In this document: one piece after another, positions 57,430-64,000 of the stretch | How the letters are laid out: every line of letters begins with the position of its first letter | Numbering within the stretch: position 1 is the first letter of the stretch | Assembly: GCA_051294905.1 (NCBI GenBank) | Contig: CM119384.1 | Location: 12,400,001 to 12,464,000 of the forward strand | Reading direction: 5' to 3' | From: Botryllus schlosseri | Taxonomy: Eukaryota | Length of the DNA: 64,000 nucleotides | Notes under the pieces: generated by a model | What the model was told of the DNA's origin: nothing | The model's database searches: none | Seen by the model: only the letters and a program-made list of their open reading frames with translations | Made by a program: the position numbers and the translations under genes

Positions 57430-60400
57430 GTTATAAGAAATCAGACCTGGGTGGGCAAAGAAATGCAAATCCACGCGCCACAATTACCCAATCGCCAGGC
57501 GTCGCATCACAACACGGGATACGCGTTAGACGAGACGTTGCTCTTCGAAATGCCCCGCAATAAATCAGGCACGCGCAGCCGAACAATATACTCCCAGGAA
57601 AGGACACAGCCGGCCTGGAACACGCGCGTCTACCGCAGCACCGCCGGCTTTTCTACCGAAAGCGAAAGGATGCTGGATCCATGTTGACAGTTTGATACTC
57701 GGGGCAACAATGGCGCGGCTTTGCGCTAACGGAAATTGCGTCGCAGAAATTCGATATCGGGCGACCTTTCTAAAGTAACCCGGCGAATTTGCGAAGCCTA
57801 GGATTGGAGAAAAAATTCGCGGTTTGGCTGAGCATTGTTCGAGCTGTGAAAAACGACCTCTCCCGCCCCGAGTTCGAGAATCATAACTGCGAACGGGAGT
57901 CAATAGCGACGTATTGCAACTTTATGTGGGATCGATGCAATTCACTCAATACCCTCACGAAAAATCAGTGGATGTACTTTGCTCAGTTATAACTCTCACT
58001 TTAGTCACTTTACATTGGACGAAACCAGGATTAAGTTTAGAGAGTGGAAATGACGTCAAAAATCCACCGCGATCACAGCGTAACAATGACATGACATCAA
58101 AATACCCAAATTCGAAATTGGAGGGGCAAGAGAGCTTTCTGCTGTCTCTACTAGTTGCTGACGATTACCCCTGACGAGTGTCAGCCGAACATCTTCGGGT
58201 TCATTTCAACATGAATATACTGTTCAATTCCAAAACGTAAGAAGTTGGTTGAGTGGCCATTAATTTAAGCAATAAAACACAAAATTTCAACGTATTTAAA
58301 AGTTTGGAACATATTTTATATGGTGTCGCAATTGAGAGTTCACATAGTCTACTTTGTGAGCGTGCGTCACAATGGCAAAAGTGCTAGAAGAAATTGTCTA
58401 GAAGTAGCCTGCAAGTCGTTTCGGACAAGTTATATGCGAAAGCTACGTAGACTTTCAAAGAAACTTCGTTAACTTCCGACAGTGCAATTGAACGACACTT
58501 GACAGTGTAAGTGTAATAGAGGCTATAGTAAATAGCTAACTCGCGTTTATTTCGAATATGCCGAACAATCACAATCAGGTTAGTGGTCTTTAACATGGCT
58601 TCGCGAGGAGAAAATTCAATAGAACCACATCTAAATATCTAGTATCTAAAAGACACCATTAAGGGAAGTTTCCAATATTACATTCAGTTGCGTGCATTTG
58701 CCGTGAACAAATTTAGAATGAATTTTGATTTTTAAAAGTTTGCCGGTCCGCAACGTTTGTTTTAAAGTTTTACGGGTCCGCGAGGGTCAAGAACCACTGT
58801 TTTGGAATGCTTCCACATCTTATACGTGAACAGTTATTTAGGCATAACTTTGGATATAAAGAAGTAGAAAGCAGTTTTGTGATGACTTAGCATTGCTGTA
58901 ATATGTGAAATCGTCAAAGGAGCCGCGTGAAGTAACCATCGCCGTGACTGCTGAATATATTTTCGAAGATTGTATCTATTTGTAGCTGCGTCAGTCATTT
59001 TGGGTCAGGCGAGAAGATGCATCATTCAATTTAAAAAGTAGCCAACTGCCAAACGCATGCGAACCGTCAACCAAATCTACATCTCGAAAAATCTTACTTT
59101 TAGTATTTTCACACCTTCTGTTTTGCACCTCCACTTCAAGCAGTTTGAAAATCCATACATTTACTTGTGATTGAGTACTGAGTAGCAACGATCACAACTT
59201 GACCACATCTGTTGAATGCTAGACTTTACAGCTGCCACTCTATCGGCGACGCCGCACTAGATTTTGTCCCGCTTAATACAGTACGTCTATAATTCTCTTG
59301 ATTGAATGTAAAACATCGATTTACGTTCAAAATACTCGTGACTACGCATACGCATCAAATGGACTGGCAACCGTGCTACAGGTCCGTTGCAGTTACGTTG
59401 CGCTGTTAATGAATCAGCGTGTCACAGAAGTCGGTCTTATAAAGGATACCAAAAATACATCAATCTACGTTTGCGTACGCAATTATGATTTCACGCAGTT
59501 AATGTCGGTGACAGGACAAAACGTGATTGTGATTTCAAAAAATTCACAAATTCTAGTAACAAGTCACAGCACCTAAATCCCAACGATTATTAACACTCTC
59601 TGCTGCCATTACATGGACAACTCCTGGTTGATCGTCTCACTGTCGAGCGGCGCCAGCGAGTAATAACACAGCCGTATAACATGACGTGTGGAATGTATGT
59701 AATGAAATGGCAGACATTATTTATTTAAGATAATATAAAGGATTTTTGTGAAACAGCGATTGATTGGTCGCAAAATAACATGAGTTCAATAATCTAGTGA
59801 CGTGGTTGTCTGTGCCAACCTTTTTCATCTAGCGGAAGGCAAAGTTTCAAAACGAATCCTGTGAATCTGTGTATTTTCATAAATCAAAATCAAACCAGAA
59901 TGTCATTACGAATAAAAGTATGCATCTGAAAACAGAGAATCGAAACTTTAATTCAATGAGGAATTTGCCGTTGCCTTTTTGATATTACGCCCGCTACGCG
60001 TGGTTCTATATAAGTTTCTGCAAGACAACGTCCTGTTGAAACCACCAACTCGATTTTGAGTGGCCGGTTTCTTTTAACAGAGATGAGACTTCACACCTTT
60101 GCTAAACTCTATCATACTGTTAAATTCGGTTTAAAAATTATTCCGAGCCCTCACTTATTAATAATAGTCTTACACGAGGTATAAGGAATTTTCAAACAGT
60201 TTGGTAAACATCATTGTGACGTAGGATCAGTCGAATCTTGACCTTGATCTCTATATCAAGACAGAAGGCGTTCTGAATTACGTTCTAAATTTCAAATTCG
60301 GCGGAAAATATGGTGTATTTTATTTCATTGATTTTATTGGAGAGTTTCCATTTCGCGGTTGAAAACCAGTGATCTATAAAATAGACATCAACATCAACAT

Positions 60401-63400
60401 CAAGGAAATGCCCGAGTGTCAACTCTATTATAGGCTACTAGTTATTCGTAAATCATCCGTTTATTGTCCATCGTGCGAAGTAAGACAATGCTATTCATTT
60501 TCCGTAAAAACTATAGGGAAAATGTGTCAATACATACGTGTTGTTCATGATATCATATATTCCACACATCTACAGTGTAAATCCGCTGTACTTTACTCTA
60601 CGAACACGCGAGATCATAACGGACCTTGTACGTTGCAGCGGGTTAGCAATCCAGCTCAAAACGACAGCACCAGCCTACAATTTCAAGCCAACCGACTACT
60701 TATCACGCGTCCAGGATATGATTAATATACAACGCCAGCGCTTCGCCGGCTGTAAGTAGAGCACAGCGGGAGACTGCACGCTTCGGCGCACAAAGTGTTT
60801 AAGACCGCAAAGCGATTGAGCAATGTTTGTTTTGGCCATACGAGTTCGAGCCGGGCTGTCACGCTCGCGCTAGACGGGCGAGCCGGACTGGAATTATTAT
60901 CATCATACGCAAAAGACCGCGTGACTTATGTAAGGCGTAATGAAGATGTCGTAAATCCAACAATGCGAGATGACTAGGCAAACTGCCCCAAATGGTGTTC
61001 GCGCGCGTGACAGTGTGCGTAATAGATTCGGTCAGTAGGTTAACCACAGGTACGGTCAGCAACAGATTACTTCTATACTTCTTCGGAGTACTCAAAACAA
61101 GTGTTTAGGATTGCATACTACGTCTACTTCTACTTCAGAGTTTTCGTTTTTAGGCACAACTAGGCGCATATACAATACTCGAAATCGCTGCTTCTACTTG
61201 GAGTAAAAATTCACGGCGTTACACTTTGGACCAACACTGGTAGAACAGTGGTTGTCAGTCAAGCAAATACGGCTTATCGTGACTATTAACTCACTTAACT
61301 GCATCGTCAATGATGTTTGTATAGTCATGCTGTATAGAGCATATATTAGCAAGACGCGGACATTGATATAATATTAGCACCTGTTTTGACCTTTAATTGA
61401 TTCCTGTATTCATTTTCGACATAACGTGTCCCGTCACTGCTCAATGAACTAATCCTGTACAATTTGAAACGGAAGTTACGAATTTCACGGAAAATTATGC
61501 CTCGCAACGATTCCCTTGCAAGGATGCCACTAATCGGACCAGGGTAGTAGTGATTCTAAGCAAATTTAAACAAATTGACACTTTCCTGGGTGGTACATAA
61601 CGGCGCTAAAGGTTGCCAGGTGGTACGCAATCTATAGGTTGAGAGTCACTGAATTAGAGTAGCACGATAACACGATTGAAATAGTGGCAGGACTGTCCAA
61701 TGTCGATACTTATGCAGGGCAGGTTCTATTATTTTAGAACGCAATATTTGCAATCATGATAGACGAAAACGTCCTGAATCAAGCAATCTAGTATATTCAT
61801 ATTGAGGAAGCTGTATGGTTGGGCTATCCGTTTATCTATTCTTTAGATAAGATAATGTGACATGATGTTCTCGCTAGTCCGCTGAAGTCATTGCGTACCA
61901 ACCGCGGGTGAGCAAAGGCCAGTCGAAATGGATCTACTTGGGAGGCAAATACACTGCACTATCGGTACGTTTTCCTATCAACCCGTGACGTGATAAAGCT
62001 GAACCCTGTGAAATGATGAAGCTAACGCTGTTCACTAACGTTAGCACAATATTGACATTGGCATGAGGACAGCACACATTTTACACTCTGTTGTATAATC
62101 TCATAAAATCCAGCCACAGCTTGAAATCAATTGAACGAAACCCACAGCTCCCACCAAGACAGACTACAATGTCACACTGTTTCGCACACACACAACAAAT
62201 CATGCAGAATATCCAGGGCAATGCAGTACATGTTGACAGGGGTACCAATTTAGGCCAGTCGAATTTCGCTGAGTCAGCTGCAGCCGATTAGCCGCCCATA
62301 TACAGTACCAAACCAACCAGAGCAAATAATCAGAATAGTACAATCATAAAACCAAAAAAAGGTTGCTTGTTATGAACATCGCGAGTGCTGCATATCAGAC
62401 AGGTTCGTGTTACCGAAAAAAAATCACGCCACACCGTCGGACGTCGCCACGATTGGTCAAATATAGGCGGTGTGATGCTTTTCTGCGTATCGTTGTCAAC
62501 ACATTCATAACATTCCCGATGCCGCTGGCGAACGTTATCGGCCGGTGTCAGAGGGATCAAAAGGCCGGTCTCTGTTGCTGAATTTAAGCGTTGCTGCGAT
62601 TGTTCACGCCGCCGTGAATACTGCAACTGGGGTCATTTCGTGCCAATCAGTGTCTCCGTATATTGCCCGCAATGCATTGTTTGAAGTCAAACCATGATGA
62701 ATTGTCCAATAATTCAGCGTGTTTCATTTCACTGTTCAAACCCGGTAAACACCAAATCACTTTTACTTAAAATGCAGAGCGATTACAATTCAATCTGGGG
62801 ATTTTGACTTTGGACCACACTTCTAAAGCTTGTCGTAGTACTAACTTCCACAGGTTAATATCAATCAATTTAATTTGTACGGCTATACATTCATCGCTAC
62901 CTCAGTAACAGCAGTAAGTAATTTCTGCGCTCTGCCCAGGAGTGGAAATGAATATGGATAGATAAAACCAGCTTCAACGAAAACGCATTCCAATTTTCTC
63001 AAGTCTTAGCGTTTCAAACGATAAAACAGCACCGTCTAACAACGGAACCTTGTTTTCTCACGAAACACCGCGACGCGCTCCATTCAACTAATCCAATAAC
63101 AGTCGCGGGGTAGTAAATTAATCACATTACGGAGCCGCCAATTCCCGCTGAACTCCTCGACCCGTGAGAGCCTTTTGTGAGGAGTCCAAATGGACACAGT
63201 CGGGAGATTGCCAGCAGCCGAACAAACGCGCACTCGAGACGACACGACGTGGGTTAGCAACGCTAGAATACAGCCGCGACTGCCGGCCTCCACATTTTAT
63301 TAGGACGAGGACGAGGCATTACATAAAAACGCGGAATAGGTACTGTACGGTGACTCGATACTGATCACGCCCCACTCATAGAAATCCCTTAGCTGAATAT

Positions 63401-63958
63401 TACTCACAGAAACTATGACTCTGCGTTAGAAAGCGGATAACGGCAGAAAAGAAAATATCTCAGAAACTGGACAAGTGGACAGGCGCCATAACAAGAAGCG
63501 GATTGCCGAAATCATCGTAAAGTTAGCACGTAACACGCACACACACCGATACGCAAGACGGTAACAACTCTAATTAGCACCGGAATGTCATTCAATCGCA
63601 ATCAATTAGTCAGCAGCTGGATTGATTTCGCATACACGCCTCGGTTCACAACCTGTATGACGTCACAATTACATCGCTCAGAACCGGAAATATAATCGTA
63701 CGAAACCGCTTGCCACGTATTTTCACGGCCGAGCAGAAGTCGAGGCGATTTTATGGGCTTGCCAAGGGCTTGGCGATTCTTCAAGTACCTCGATTTAATG
63801 GCTCATGCTGCTCGTGAATCACTGCGCGTCTCGTGCCGAAAACAGGGTTATTCTGATACGAATCAGACCGGAATTTAAACTACCTGTTGACCTTGGCATG
63901 GTCGGGTTTATATCTGTGAGCAACTGCAGTTAAAAGCGGATTCGCCTACCTCCTACAT

Positions 63959-64000
63959 CAGAGGTCTCAAACACGCGGCCCGCGAGAACATTTTGTGCGG
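63959..64000. mobile_element. Left end of a Charlie/MER5-like hAT MITE cut by the window edge
   Basis: CAGAGGTCTCAAACACGCGGCCCGCG is a typical hAT terminus. Confidence 0.5.

Noticed and set aside
23800-60000. TEAD (CATTCC/GGAATG) motifs suggesting VGLL4 autoregulation, including three within 27505-27605
   Set aside because: A rough eye count is only modestly above the expectation for a 6-mer; needs a formal enrichment test or TEAD ChIP.

Overview
Eukaryotic (animal) genomic DNA with GT-AG introns. It is probably an invertebrate chordate such as a tunicate; this is inference from human-like CUL3 intron positions, a divergent CUL3 protein, 57-83 nt introns and a patchy CpG landscape. Three protein-coding genes can be assembled by hand. 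(1) The 5' 452 codons of cullin-3 (CUL3), minus strand, 10 exons from 9141 to 132; the gene continues off the window start. (2) Head-to-head with it, a 6-exon plus-strand gene (10871-16249, 344 aa) with a Lys-rich N-terminus, a degenerate EF-hand pair and a ubiquitin-like C-terminal domain; I cannot name it. (3) A vestigial-like 4 (VGLL4/Tgi) orthologue on the minus strand, with the two tandem TDU motifs at 23009-23110 and an unusually large predicted size (~1,077 aa, exons from 22421 to 46346 plus a candidate first exon at 49725-49761). Between genes 2 and 3, a ~4 kb block holds a broken THAP/P-element transposase and a candidate small micro-exon gene with three tandemly duplicated 12-nt exons. 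Introns and intergenic DNA carry many non-autonomous hAT MITEs (six with exact 8-bp TSDs, two inserted 1 bp apart at one site), two tRNA-derived SINE families, LINE-type 3' ends and a foldback element. No prokaryotic features, rRNA, intact tRNA or CRISPR array were seen. All coordinates were derived by manual reading; no database searches were run.
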